In this document: positions 52,366 to 63,549 of the stretch, piece by piece
Position numbering within the stretch: position 1 is the stretch's first letter
How the letters are laid out: each line of letters begins with the position of its first letter
Assembly (NCBI GenBank): GCA_024137785.1
Contig: JAHRHZ010000085.1
Coordinates: 15,420,772 to 15,484,771, forward strand
Source of the DNA: Ginglymostoma cirratum
Taxonomy: Eukaryota
Direction of reading: 5' to 3'
DNA: 64,000 nucleotides
Program-made: the position numbers and the translations under genes
Notes under the pieces: generated by a model
Database searches by the model: none
Told to the model about the DNA's origin: nothing
Seen by the model: the letters and a program-made list of their open reading frames with translations, nothing else

Positions 52366-52728
52366 TTTTTTAATATGTTCATCCACAGGATGAGGACATC
52401 GCTGGCTAGGTCAGCATTTATTGCCCATCCCTAATTGCCCAGAGGGCGGTTAAGAGTCAACCATATTGCTGTGGGTCTGGAGTCACATGTAGGCCAGACC
52501 AGGTAAGGATGGCAGTTTCCTTCCCTAAAGGACATTAGTGAACCAGGTGGGTTTTTCCAAACAACTGGCAATGTATTCATGGTTATCATTAGACACTTAA
52601 TTTCAGATGTTTATTGAATTCAAATTCCACCATCTGCTGTGGCGGGATTCAAACCCAGCTCCCCAGGACATTACCTGGGTCTCTGAATTAACAGTTTAGT
52701 GATAATGCCGCAAGGCTATTGCTTCCCC
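52366..52728 (-). mobile_element. Full-length MER131/MetaSINE-like SINE
   Basis: Reverse-strand match to 46494-46850. Confidence 0.8.
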
Positions 52729-53620
52729 ATATAACAATGGTCATATCAGGAGCAAAATAATGAGGGCAAGCAAGTCTCCAATAATCCACAGTTACATTGC
52801 AGATATGATCTCAGTCTGGTTTCTGTAGTGTGCACCATTGCCAAGACAGGTGAAAGTTACACCATCAGGTCTTCCCTACTGTAGTTGGAAGTGAAAGTCA
52901 GAGACGGTGGGAGTACTGACCTTGTGTGCTTGGACACATTTGCAGAGATGTTTCCCCAAGACCCTAATTCTGAACAAAGGAGTGTGCAAGTGGAAGTATT
53001 TGCAAGATCACAAGATAATTGCAATGGGTAACATTGTATAAATTGGTTGGTAACCAAAAGAATTAATTATCATCTCAACATAAGCTCGACCCATCAGGAT
53101 ACAAAGGACCGTTTCTGAGAGGAACTCACTAGTTATCCATGAGTCCCAACCAGTTTCGAGGTTGGTGTTATAGAGTCATAGAGTTTTACTGCATAGAAAG
53201 ATGCCTTCAACACAATCATCAATCATCCACCTATTCTAATCCCATTTTCTAACACTTGGCCCTTAGCCTTGCATGCTATGGTATTTCAAGTGCTCATCTA
53301 AATAGATATAAAATGACTTGAGGGTTTCTGTCTCTACTGCCCTTTTAGGTAGTGAATTCCAGATACTCACTACTGTTTGATTGAAAGAAAAAATTCCTCA
53401 AATCCCCTCTGAACCTCCCTGTTTCTTACCTTAAAACTATGCCCCCTGTACTGAGGAGGAAGGTTTCTCCCTATCCACCCTTTTTATATCCATCGGAACT
53501 TTGTACACCTCAGTAAAAACTCCCCTCACCTTCTCCACTTGAAGGAAAACAACTCCAGGCTATTGACAGTCCCTTCATAGCTGAAACACTCCAGCCCAGG
53601 CAACATCCTGATAAATAAGG

Positions 53621-54284
53621 TGTAGAGCTGGATGAACACAGCAGGCCAAGCAGCATCGGAGGAGCAGGAAGGCTGATGTTTCGGGCCTAGACCCTTCTTC
53701 AGAAAATTTCTACAGCACTACACCTTGTTATCTCAGATTCTCCAGCATCTGCAGTTCCTNNNNNNNNNNNNNNNNNNNNNNNNNNNNNNNNNNNNNNNNN
53801 NNNNNNNNNNNNNNNNNNNNNNNNNNNNNNNNNNNNNNNNNNNNNNNNNNNNNNNNNNNNNNNNNNNNNNNNNNNNNNNNNNNNNNNNNNNNNNNNNNNN
53901 NNNNNNNNNNNNNNNNNNNNNNNNNNNNNNNNNNNNNNNNNNNNNNNNNNNNNNNNNNNNNNNNNNNNNNNNNNNNNNNNNNNNNNNNNNNNNNNNNNNN
54001 NNNNNNNNNNNNNNNNNNNNNNNNNNNNNNNNNNNNNNNNNNNNNNNNNNNNNNNNNNNNNNNNNNNNNNNNNNNNNNNNNNNNNNNNNNNNNNNNNNNN
54101 NNNNNNNNNNNNNNNNNNNNNNNNNNNNNNNNNNNNNNNNNNNNNNNNNNNNNNNNNNNTTCTGAAGAAGGGTCTAAGGCCCGAAACGTCAGCCTTCCTG
54201 CTCCTCCGATGCTGCTTGGCCTGCTGTGTTCATCCAGCTCTACACCGTGTTATCTCAGATTCTCTAGCATCTGCAATTCCTACT
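53621..54284. mobile_element. Composite/tandem hammerhead-bearing short element spanning the assembly gap
   Basis: Inverted copy (53621-53705), a 3' end, the gap, then a forward copy starting ttctgaagaagggtctaaggcccgaaacgtc (54160-54190). Flanked by atcctgat(a/g)aataagg at 53605-53620 and 54285-54300. Confidence 0.7.
53760..54159. other. Assembly gap (400 N)
   Basis: Run of N. Confidence 1.
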
Positions 54285-54296
54285 ATCCTGATGAAT

Positions 54297-54840
54297 AAGG
54301 TTATTGGCTTGCTCACCGAGCTGGCTTGTTTTCATCCAGACATTTTGTCACCACGTTAGGTGGCATCATCAGTGAGGCCTCCGATGAAGCGATGTTATTC
54401 TACTCTGCTTGGAATTTATACTGTCCAATCTGTTGTGGTGAGTACTGTCATTTCCGGTTTTGATCTATATGGGTTTGTATATGGGGTCCAATTCTATATG
54501 TTTGTTGATTGCATTATGGGTTGAGAACCATGTCTCCAGGAATTCCTGTGCGTGTCAATGTTTGGAATTGCTAGAGGCATGGTTTTCAACCCATAATGCA
54601 ATCAACAAACATATAGCATTGGACCCCGTATACAAACCCACACAGATCAAAACTGGAAATGACACAATTCACCATAACAGACCGGAGAGTATAAATTCCA
54701 AGCGGGGTAGAACGACATTGCTTCTTCGGAGGCTCTCCTGATGATGTTACCTAGCATGGTGACAAAACGTCTGAGAACAAGCGAGCAAGTCAACAACCTC
54801 ACCCACAACCTGAGCTACAGATCTTTGCTGAAACCTTAAA
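54297..54840. mobile_element. Penelope-like 3' end (GIY-YIG C-terminus plus pLTR) arranged as a ~240-bp inverted repeat
   Basis: Arms 54297-54546 and 54564-54800 are imperfect reverse complements. They encode ELLEAWFSTHNAINKHIALDPVYKP (Penelope endonuclease end). Each arm has a CTGATGA...stem...AAAA-yGTC motif. Confidence 0.8.
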
Positions 54841-55489
54841 AATCTTGGTGAATGGCTTCTGCACGCTCTATAGTGCAATTACATTTTTCCTACTACAGTG
54901 TAGTGACCAGAACTGCTCACAGTACTCCAGCTATAAGGCCTAACTTATGTTAAACACAGCTCCGTTATAACCCTCCCCCTTTGCTGTTATATTTACTGCC
55001 TTGATATCCATTTGCCTTCTTGACTATCTTATTTGTCCCCTTCAAGGATCTATGAACTTATACACAAAGGTCCCTCTGATCCTCTATACTTCATATGGTA
55101 CTACTAGTCACCATGTACTGCAGTGTTGTGTTCTTAATTTTGACAGCTTGTAACTAAAGTGACAAAATGTACTTACTCAGACTGAGAATGATAAGTCACA
55201 AGAGGACACCATGTATTTCAGATGGAATGTAGCTAGCTACTAAGTAGTACGTACAAAGCCCTTTCATTGTTCATCAAGACTGACCCTACCTTCAGGTGCT
55301 CGGCTGAGAATGCCCCATTGGGAGAGTCCAACAGAATTCAGACATTTAGCTCCAAGCTGAAGACCAGAATCCGGAGTTGGGACTCAATGTAATTCCTCCT
55401 CTGCATGGTTAATTATTGACATATTGAGGACAAAACGTAGCCTAGACAAAAAATTGATCATACCTCACATGGCTTTTTGTAAAAGCAGT

Positions 55490-56222
55490 CTAACTGAATT
55501 CAAATGCAACAAGATTTGGATAATATCCAGGCAAGTAACATTTGAGCTACACAAATGCCAGGCAATGACCGCCTCCAAAAGAGACAATCTAATTACCACC
55601 CCTTGACATTCAATCGTGTTATTATCACTGAATCCCCCACTATCAACATCCTGGGGGCTACCGTTCACCAGAAACTCAACTGGACTCACCAATTAAACAC
55701 AGTGGCTGCAAGAGCAAGTCAGAAGCTAGGAATACTGCAGCGAGTACCTCCCTTCCTGACTCCCCAAAGCCTGTCCACCATTGATACGGCACAAGTCAGG
55801 AGCATATTGGAATACTCCCCACCTACCTGGATGAGCGCAGCTCCAAAAACACTCGAGAAGCATAACACCATGCAGGACAAAGCAGCCCACCTGTCTACAA
55901 GATGCACTGCAGAAATTCACCTCACCAAGGATCCTCAGACAGTAACTTCCAAACCTAGAACCACTTCCATCTAGAAAGACAGGGCAGCAGATTCAAGTTC
56001 CCCTCCAAGCCACTCACCATCCTGACTTAGAAATATATTGCTGTTCCTTCACTTCACTGGGCCAAAATCCTGGAATTTCCTCCGTAAGGGCATTTGTGGG
56101 TCAACTCACAGCAGGTATATTGCAGTTGTTCAAGAATGCACCACCTTCTTAAAGGCAACTAGGGATGGGCAATAAAACTGCTGGCCAGCCAACAACGCCC
56201 ACATCCCATGAGTGAATAAAAG
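55490..56222 (+). mobile_element. CR1/L2-clade LINE 3' end (RT C-terminus plus tail)
   Basis: ORF 55555-55974 INILGATVHQKLNWTHQLNTVAARASQKLGIL...VRSILEYSP.TW, with tail catcccatgagtgaataaa. Confidence 0.8.
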
Positions 56223-57689
56223 GAAATTGTCTGAAATCTTACTGGGGTGGGGGATGTGGTAGGGGGAGATGGGTCTGGAACAGGTCGGGCTAGGGGAGGC
56301 AGGGCCAGAGGGATGTAGCACAGGGGTAGAGGTGGGTGTAGGGGTTGGGGAGTGGGGTTGGGGTGTGGAGTCTCTGAGGCAAGAGGTAGGCATTGGGGGA
56401 TGAGGATGGGAAGCAATACTGACGAGGCCAGTGTCTGGGGGAAAGAGGCTGCCAGTTTGGGGAAGTGGTGCCATGGGCCAGTACAGCGGGGAGGCAGGAG
56501 GGAGAGGAAGCTGCAAAGTGGGGAGAGAAGACCAAAGGAGATCCGCACTCAACCAGCAGTTTATACATTCACTCCCTCACCCATGATTGAGTGGCAGCCC
56601 AGTGTATACCATCGACTTGATGGGCTGCAGCAACTGACCAGTGCTCCTCCAGCAGCGTCATCCAAACCCATGGCCTTTACATTCTACAAGAACAAGGAGT
56701 GGAAATTATTCAAGACGGCAGCTCACCACACCTTCTTCAGAATATTAGGGATGGGCAACAAATGGTGACCTTGCCAATGATACTCAAGTCCTATTAAAGA
56801 ATAAAATAAAAATTATGCTTTCCTAAATTTGCTTCCATCACCTTTCAAGCACTGAATTCAATACTATCAGATCTAATTCTTCTCATTTCTCCTTTAGGTT
56901 CCGTGCCAATTTGCACAAAGCTGTGTCCTCTGTCACCCATGCTGCTACTTGTGAAAAAAGTTTCCTCTATCTGCTTCATCAGAATTGTTCATAACTTTGA
57001 ACATTTCTATTAAACTTCTGCTCTAATTTGGAGAACTTTTTGTTTCTCGTAACATTCCTTTGCCAAAGTGGTATTAGATATTGTGCCCAGCTGGAGTTTC
57101 TGAGCTGCATTTTTTGATTCCAGTGTTCCTCCTGGTATCAAGTCGCCTCATTATATGGTCATTAGATTTCTAGATACAGTTTTTGCTGCAAATTCAGAAC
57201 ATCTATTTCCAAATGGCAGCAAAAGCAATGGGAAATAAGTTTAAGAAGCATCAAGAGGTCCAGCTTCCCAATGCTGGTATGCCTCCGGGGCCAGGCTGCC
57301 AAGGTGAGCAGTTGCTAATGTTGTTTCCACCTGTTCTCTGGGGCCTGGGATCCTTTAGGCACAGCTCATGCTGTTTTCAAAGCTAACTCCAGCTTGTTTA
57401 TCCCAATGGCCTATGGGCATGCCTATAGAATTAAAAGGCAGTAGCCCATGGACTTTGGCGTCCGGGAGTTTGATTTGATACAAGACAGTCTAATATTGCT
57501 GTTTGTTGTCATTTTCAGGCCAATGTTTCCCCACTGTTTCCACATTGTAGGGATTCTACGATTCTATGAAATGCACTATATATGGGTATACCAATGCCAT
57601 TCTAATTACTGACGGAATTATGAAAATGACACGGTGCAGAACGAGGCCATTCAGCCCATCACTGCATGCAGTTCTCTTTGCCCTATCAT

Positions 57690-58200
57690 TAAAGGATACT
57701 ATTAAACTAGAAAGTGTGCAGAAAAGATTTACTAGAATGCTAGCTGGACTGGAAAGTTTGCGTTATAAGGAGAGGCTGGATAGACTGGCTTTTTCCCTGG
57801 ACTGTAGGAAACTGACGGGTGTCATTATAGAGGTCTATAAAATCACGGCAGGCATCGATAAGTTAGATAGCCAACAGGTTTTCCCCATGGTAAGGGAATC
57901 TAAAACTTGAGAGCGCATGTTTAAGGTGAGATGGGAGAGATACAAAAGGGTCCAGAGGAGTAATCCTTTCCACACAGCGGGTGGTGAGTGTTTGGAACGG
58001 GCTGCCAGAGGTATTGCGTAGAGGCAAGTACAATTTTGTCAATCACGAAACATTTAGACAAGTACATAGATGAGATAGGTATAGAGGACTATGGACCAAA
58101 CGCAGGCAAATGGGACCAGTTTAATTGTGAAAACTGGGCAGCATGGGCAAGTTGGGCTGAATGGCCTGTTTCCATATTGTAGATTTCCAACTCTATGACT
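57690..58200 (+). mobile_element. CR1 LINE 3' fragment
   Basis: KLESVQKRFTRMLAGLESLRYKERLDRL...IEVYKI. Confidence 0.85.
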
Positions 58201-58645
58201 CCACTGGCTCTTCAAATGTGCATCATTCCCTACTGTCAGTCTCCTGCTTTTCTCCCATACACTTGCACAATATTTTTATCCTAATAATTACCCTCCTGAA
58301 TGCCCGTACATTACTTTATGTGAAAAATCCTAGCCCGCAAGTTCTGCAAACAGCATAGCTTTTGACAGTTTTACTCTCGAACTGAGAATGACAAAAAGCA
58401 CTTGAGATCGCATCAAGTTGTCGAGTGGGCATTATCCCAATGGGCATTTCATTGACAGGTTACATTGTGTGAACACTGCTCCAAGCAGCTGAAAATTACA
58501 TCATTTGGATCATAAATTTCCAATGCTTGGCTTGTGTGTGTAACAAAACAAGATCATTTTAATGTTTCCCATGCTTTAAAAATTAAAGACACCACTGCTG
58601 GGTATATCGCCGTTTCACAAATTACTGACAAAACCGAGAGCTTAC

Positions 58646-58780
58646 AAATTGCTTCTCCTGGATAGAGTGTTTCGGATGGATATCCTGGAATACATTTCTC
58701 ATCTACTGCCTTTATATTCTCCAGTGTGTGTAAGATGATAAACTGACGCTCAGCAAGTGTCAGAAATTCATTGATGTTGT
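58646..58780 (-). CDS. ano10: ANO10-like coding exon 3 (DNINEFLTLAERQFIILHTLENIKAVDEKCIPGYPSETLYPGEAI)
   Basis: 135 nt, tttccag| and |gtaagc. Matches [38 protein letters not shown]. Confidence 0.95.
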
Positions 58781-58874
58781 CTGGAAAGAAAACACAAGGA
58801 ATGAAAGAGTCTGATAAGTAAGAAATATGACGGAAGCTGAGGTGAATCTTTCCCATTCGATGCAGATGTGATAC

Positions 58875-59048
58875 CTGAGTTTTGAAAGTTTCTGCTGTCC
58901 CTGTAAGAAAATGAGATCATGGAGCCATCCTTGTAGAGCTTGTAAAGCCCCAGAACCTCAGCTGCCCTCAGCAGAACATGTTGAGATGCAGAAATGAGAA
59001 GCATGTCGCCATCATCATCTTCACCAGGGTGGACCATAAGCTCAGCAC
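58875..59048 (-). CDS. ano10: ANO10-like coding exon 2 (GAELMVHPG...LLRAAEVLGLYKLYKDGSMISFSYRDSRNFQNS)
   Basis: 174 nt, tttgtccag| and |gtatca, phase 1/1. Matches GAQLL...[23 protein letters not shown]. Confidence 0.92.
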
Positions 59049-59194
59049 CTGGACAAAGAGGGAGGAATTGACAATCGGAATCACAGATTGATTCAAGTAA
59101 ATTTGGCCTAGTTGATCTCATTCCTCTGGAATATCCAGTTTCCAGTGTAGCGTCTTGATCAGCTAGGTCTGTGAGTAAACAAACAGTAGTAGGA

Positions 59195-59700
59195 ATGATA
59201 TTATTAAATTAGAGAGGGTGCAGAAAAGATTTACAAGGATGTTACCGAGGGTTACTGGAGGGTTTGAGTTATAAGGATAGGGTGGGACTTTTCTCACTTG
59301 TGTGTAGGAAGTTGAGGAGTGACCTTGTAACGTTTTATAAAATTGTGAGGGGCTTAGATAAGATGAATAACAAAGGTCCTTTCCAAAGAGTAGGGGAGTT
59401 CAAAACAAGAGGGCATAATTTTAAGGTAAGAGGAGAAAAATTTTAAGGGATGCGAGGGGCAATTATTCAAGCAGGGGGTGAATAACTATGTGGAATGAAC
59501 AGTCAGATGAAGTGATGGATGCAAATCCAGTTACAACATTTAAAAGACATTTGTACTGGTACATAAATAGGAAGGGTTTAGAGGGATATGGGCCAAACGC
59601 AGGCAAACAGGACTGGTTTAATTCGGGAAATCTGGTTGGCATGGATAAGTTGGACCAAAGGTCTGTTTCCATGCCGTTTGGCTCTATAACTCTGTGACCC
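59195..59700 (+). mobile_element. CR1 LINE 3' fragment
   Basis: LERVQKRFTRML...GLSYKDR...FKRHL motifs and CR1 tail. Confidence 0.85.
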
Positions 59701-60637
59701 TATAACTGAAGGCAAAAAATGAAGAGGCAAAGCGAAGCAAGAGTGAAATAAAGGGCCTTTGATATACATACATCCATAAAGTGTGTCCAGAGAGTAAGAG
59801 AGGAGAAAGTAGTGATTGGGAGACTGAAAGAGGAAAATGAGGGCTCAGGACAGGAACAAAAGTGAGTCAATCAGACATTGAGAAGAACAAAAGTGATACA
59901 TAGCTAGAGTGAGGACAGAAAATGGGCTACGTGAGTGGATAGATTGTGAGAAATTTTTAAATGAAATTGGTGGTAGAGAAAAACTGCAGAAGTAAAAGAC
60001 TGAACACATTAAAGGGGATATTTCGAAGAGGAAAGCAAAGTTTTCTAAAGGAAAAACAATCCAGAGTCACAGTTCATGAAAGGAGAGTGAAAAACATAAG
60101 AAGAGAATCAGATTGAAGCCCCTAAGGTAAAGAATAAATGTATAACAAATGTCTGGATAAAGACCATGGTATTGACCATAAGAGAAGGTCAAGGGACAGG
60201 TGAAAGTTAAAATTCTGCAAGGAAAAAGGATGAACAAAATGCAATATTATAATGCAGAAATTCGGCAGCACTAGGCTTCCTCCTGCACCAAACTGTCACA
60301 TGTGGAGGGAGAACCACTTATATCGGGTTTCCGCTGTCTGTGCAAGTTACTAAAGAGATTTGCAACGTTCAGAATCTCTATCCGTTCCTTACTAAATGAA
60401 TGCTTAGTGTTTCCATCTCAAATTGAGGTTTCTAAGCCTAACTATGGTAGGGGACCCAGTGATGTAGTGATGTTTAGTATGCTGAGCCTGGTCAAAGAGT
60501 GGAAATCACTGTCAGAAATGTGCCCTAAATTGATGATGAGGAATATCTAACAACTACACATGGTTGGCTGAAGCAATGGGCTGTTGAAGTGGGTGAATAC
60601 CAAACATATACCCAAAACAGCAGCTGCATCTGTACAG

Positions 60638-60792
60638 CAGAAAGGCTGACTTTTCGGGCCTAGACCCTTCTTGAAGGATCTAGGCCCAAAATGTCAGCCT
60701 TCCTGCTCCTCTGATGCTGCTTGGCCTGCTGTATTCATCCAGCTCTACTCCTTGTTATCTCAGATTCTCCAGCATCTGCAGTTCCTACTATC
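60638..60792 (+). mobile_element. Short Penelope-derived element with inverted 5' end and perfect 15-bp TSD
   Basis: gctgcatctgtacag at 60623-60637 and 60793-60807. aggctgacttttcgggcctagacccttc / gaaggatctaggcccaaaatgtcagcct are inverted. Confidence 0.8.
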
Positions 60793-60956
60793 GCTGCATC
60801 TGTACAGTGCCTTGCAACTGAGCTCCCTGTTGTTGGCCCAGCAAATTTCAGTGTACGTTATCACTGCAGGGCATCAGTGGCTGCAATCACAGTTATCTTT
60901 TAAGGTGGAGCATCTTTTAAAACTTGTCTATTATCAGCTAATCAGCACTGACTTAC

Positions 60957-61101
60957 CACCGACTATCCTCTCTGCCTGGATTCGGGTCATCAGCCATTGC
61001 TTGGTTTCCATGTTAATGTCCTCAGTTAACTCCAGGGCGACCAGCGGCTGCACTGCCTTGGAAATACAGCATTTACAGGTAGGCCTGGTCCAAGATCCCA
61101 T
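60957..61101 (-). CDS. ano10: ANO10-like first coding exon (MGSWTRPTCKCCISKAVQPLVALELTEDINMETKQWLMTRIQAERIVG); not in the ORF track
   Basis: ATG in a gccATGg context, 145 nt, donor gtaagt (60951-56). PLVALEL...ETKQWL..RI matches PLVVIEL...ETKEWLKNRI. A likely acceptor (gagcag) lies 2 nt upstream of the ATG. Confidence 0.88.
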
Positions 61102-62071
61102 GGCTGCTCATGTCCATGGAAAAGAATGGAAAGTGTAAACCAACAGGATTTATAATCACAGAATATCAGTCTCTTAACCTAAATTGTTCCCATGTATAAG
61201 TGGAGCTGTAAATGCCACGTGATGCATCAATGATCAGAAAGTTTTTGCCATTTGAACGCATTATTTTGCCTGCATTGGCGAAGTAATGCTAACATCAGCT
61301 GTGTACTGTATTGTAAATTTGACCCAAGCCTGTCCTGATAAATAGTTTTGGGATGCAGGGGATAGAGGTTACACCAATACAATTTGTCTTTTGTATTGCC
61401 TATTGATGTAAAAGTGACTTTTCCTGAACATCTTTGTGAATTGATCTAATCTTTCTACTGCCATGAACCTGATGATAAATTGAATAAGAGGTGACCAATG
61501 CAGCCATCAGCATGATAATAAGGCAGCCTCGGGGGACTTGTGTCAGTTCCCATACCAAAATGATGAATTATGATTAAACATCTGAATCATTTTTCAAGAC
61601 TGCCTGAGTGTCAGGTACAGATAGATCAAATATCCAATTAGCAGTTGATGTGAAGGAGATACATTGCTGCGGCAGCATTATCCCTATTCTGCTGACAAAT
61701 GGGCAAACCATTCACCCATTCCTCCCTGAGTCCTTGTGTTGCTTTGTGCAACTATAGGACGTGCAAATCAGTGGAGGGTATTTTCTCTTCGTTACTTCTA
61801 ACCATCACCTACCTCCTCCAAAGTCGGTCCTAAACTTGATAAGGAACAATGTCACAGGGCAGTAGGTGAGAGAGTGGACTATAATCATTGTTTAAAACCT
61901 AACAGAATAACATGAGTAATATGTAACAACAAGCCTGAATGTTAATTTTCTACTGTTTGGACTTGGCAGGAGAATGTTAACCATGAGGGTCAGTGTGGAC
62001 TCAATTGGCCGAATGGCCTGCTTCCACACTATAGGAATTCTATGGTTCTATGTGGCAACCTGGTACATAGA

Positions 62072-62400
62072 AGGGGGATGATAATACTGCAGTATTCCCA
62101 CTGGATCAGTAATCCAGCAATTCAGACTAATGCCATGGGGATGCAATAAATAAAAAATCTGGAAAAGGAAGCTGGTCTGACTAATAGCGCCATAGGACTG
62201 CCACTATTTGTAATCAAACCCCATCAGCTTCACTCATTTCCTTCAGGGAAGGAAATCTGCTATCCTTAGCCAGTCTTACATGTGACTCCAGCCCCACAGC
62301 AATGTAGCGCTGTGAAATGGCCCACCAAGTCACTCAGTTCAGGGATAACAAAGGATAGGCAACAAATGCTGGCCTTGCCAGTGAAATCCACAAGCTAAGG
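62072..62400 (+). mobile_element. Degenerate MER131/MetaSINE-like SINE
   Basis: ttcactcatttccttcagggaaggaaatctgctatcctt...catgtgactccag...acaaatgctggccttgcc. Confidence 0.6.
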
Positions 62401-62680
62401 AAGAACATACAAAGAATTGAATTAGTGTATAGCACATGGGTAAGCAGCACCTGAACAGGACGGAGAAATAGGATCTTGTAGCAACTGAAGACTGTGACAC
62501 CCTGTACTATATGACTTTTAATAACATCAAATAGGCATCTTTTTGCTTGCAAATCTGTAGCAGAATGTGGCCTCCTTTCATGTTAATTCTTTTCACTGAA
62601 AAGTCAAAATGAAACCAAATAAATGTTAAACAGGAAGTATAATCTGTGCATTCCAATGCTACTAAATAATTAAGACTTAC

Positions 62681-62850
62681 CTGCACAGATGAGGATTTAA
62701 GGTGGAAGCCTAATTACAGGACTGCAGGAGGAGAGAGCTACGTTGCCTGACCCATCCTCGAATTGGGCTACATGAATAGCTTCTTTCCGTGAACCAGCAC
62801 AGGGAGAGGAAGTCAACAAAATCAACTCTAAACAAGTTAGTCAAGCTTCC
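62681..62850 (-). other. Candidate 5' non-coding exon of the ANO10-like gene (upstream boundary unknown)
   Basis: Perfect CAG|gtaagt donor at 62681/62675-80 in non-repetitive sequence upstream of the first coding exon. The joining frame contains a stop. Confidence 0.4.
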
Positions 62851-63549
62851 TGGAATGTTGTCATGCTAAGACTCTCCCATCTCCCTGTCAGAGTCAGTGA
62901 TCAGTATAGAACCCAATTTAACACGAGAGAAAGGAAAGAAGATTTGGCAAACTTTGATTATAAATAATGTCCACAGGGTTTACCGGACACTTTTTTTAAC
63001 ACCTTATTAACTACTGCTGCAGTTGGTATTGCTGAAGGAAAAATTAGCTCCTGAACTGACCCAGTAGCTTCTCCAAAACATGAAATTAGTGGCTCAACTG
63101 AAGGCGTGTACTACCAGGAAAAGGCATCCGTGTTGTTCATCAGATTGACTTGTCAAAACTGTTTGGCTCAAATGGTTTGGAAGGTGCACTGCTGCTGTTC
63201 AGCAGGGTGTGGAAGACAGGTAGCCAAGTAACTATTTGCTGTCTTTTCTTTGGGCCATTTGTTTGCCAATCAATGGGGAGATGAATCAAGTTAATGCCTG
63301 GAAGGCAAACAGTTCCACCCTGATAGTTGTGGTGAGCAGCTATGAAGGTTGAGTTGATTTTTAGAATCATTTCAATGAGGCACCCAAACTCACACTGACA
63401 GCTTTGAAATAATTTATTAATTATGTTACCATTAACAGAATCAGGTCCTTTAAATCAGAGGGCAAACTTCAAGAACACAGCCACGGTTCTCTTCCCTGTA
63501 ATCTGTGTGATCAGCAGGTGGAGTTATATAGAGAATGCAGTGCAGATAG

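Larger units (their letters stand above)
53170..55110 (-). mobile_element. CR1 fragment split by nested Penelope-family insertions
   Basis: CR1 sequence stops at caacatcctg (53601-53610) and resumes at ~54841 (aatcttggtgaat...gaccagaactgctcacagtactccag). Confidence 0.6.

Noticed and set aside
53725-54165. 146-aa ORF in the track
   Set aside because: Artifact of reading through the N gap.
56581-56690. Candidate ANO10-like exon (RWYT...g|gtgagg donor)
   Set aside because: No homology beyond WY and it lies in LINE-like sequence. The true 120-nt exon is at 51327-51446.
61073-61117. 14-codon upstream ORF overlapping the ANO10-like start
   Set aside because: Its ATGs probably fall in the intron, since a plausible acceptor (gagcag) lies 2 nt before the main ATG.
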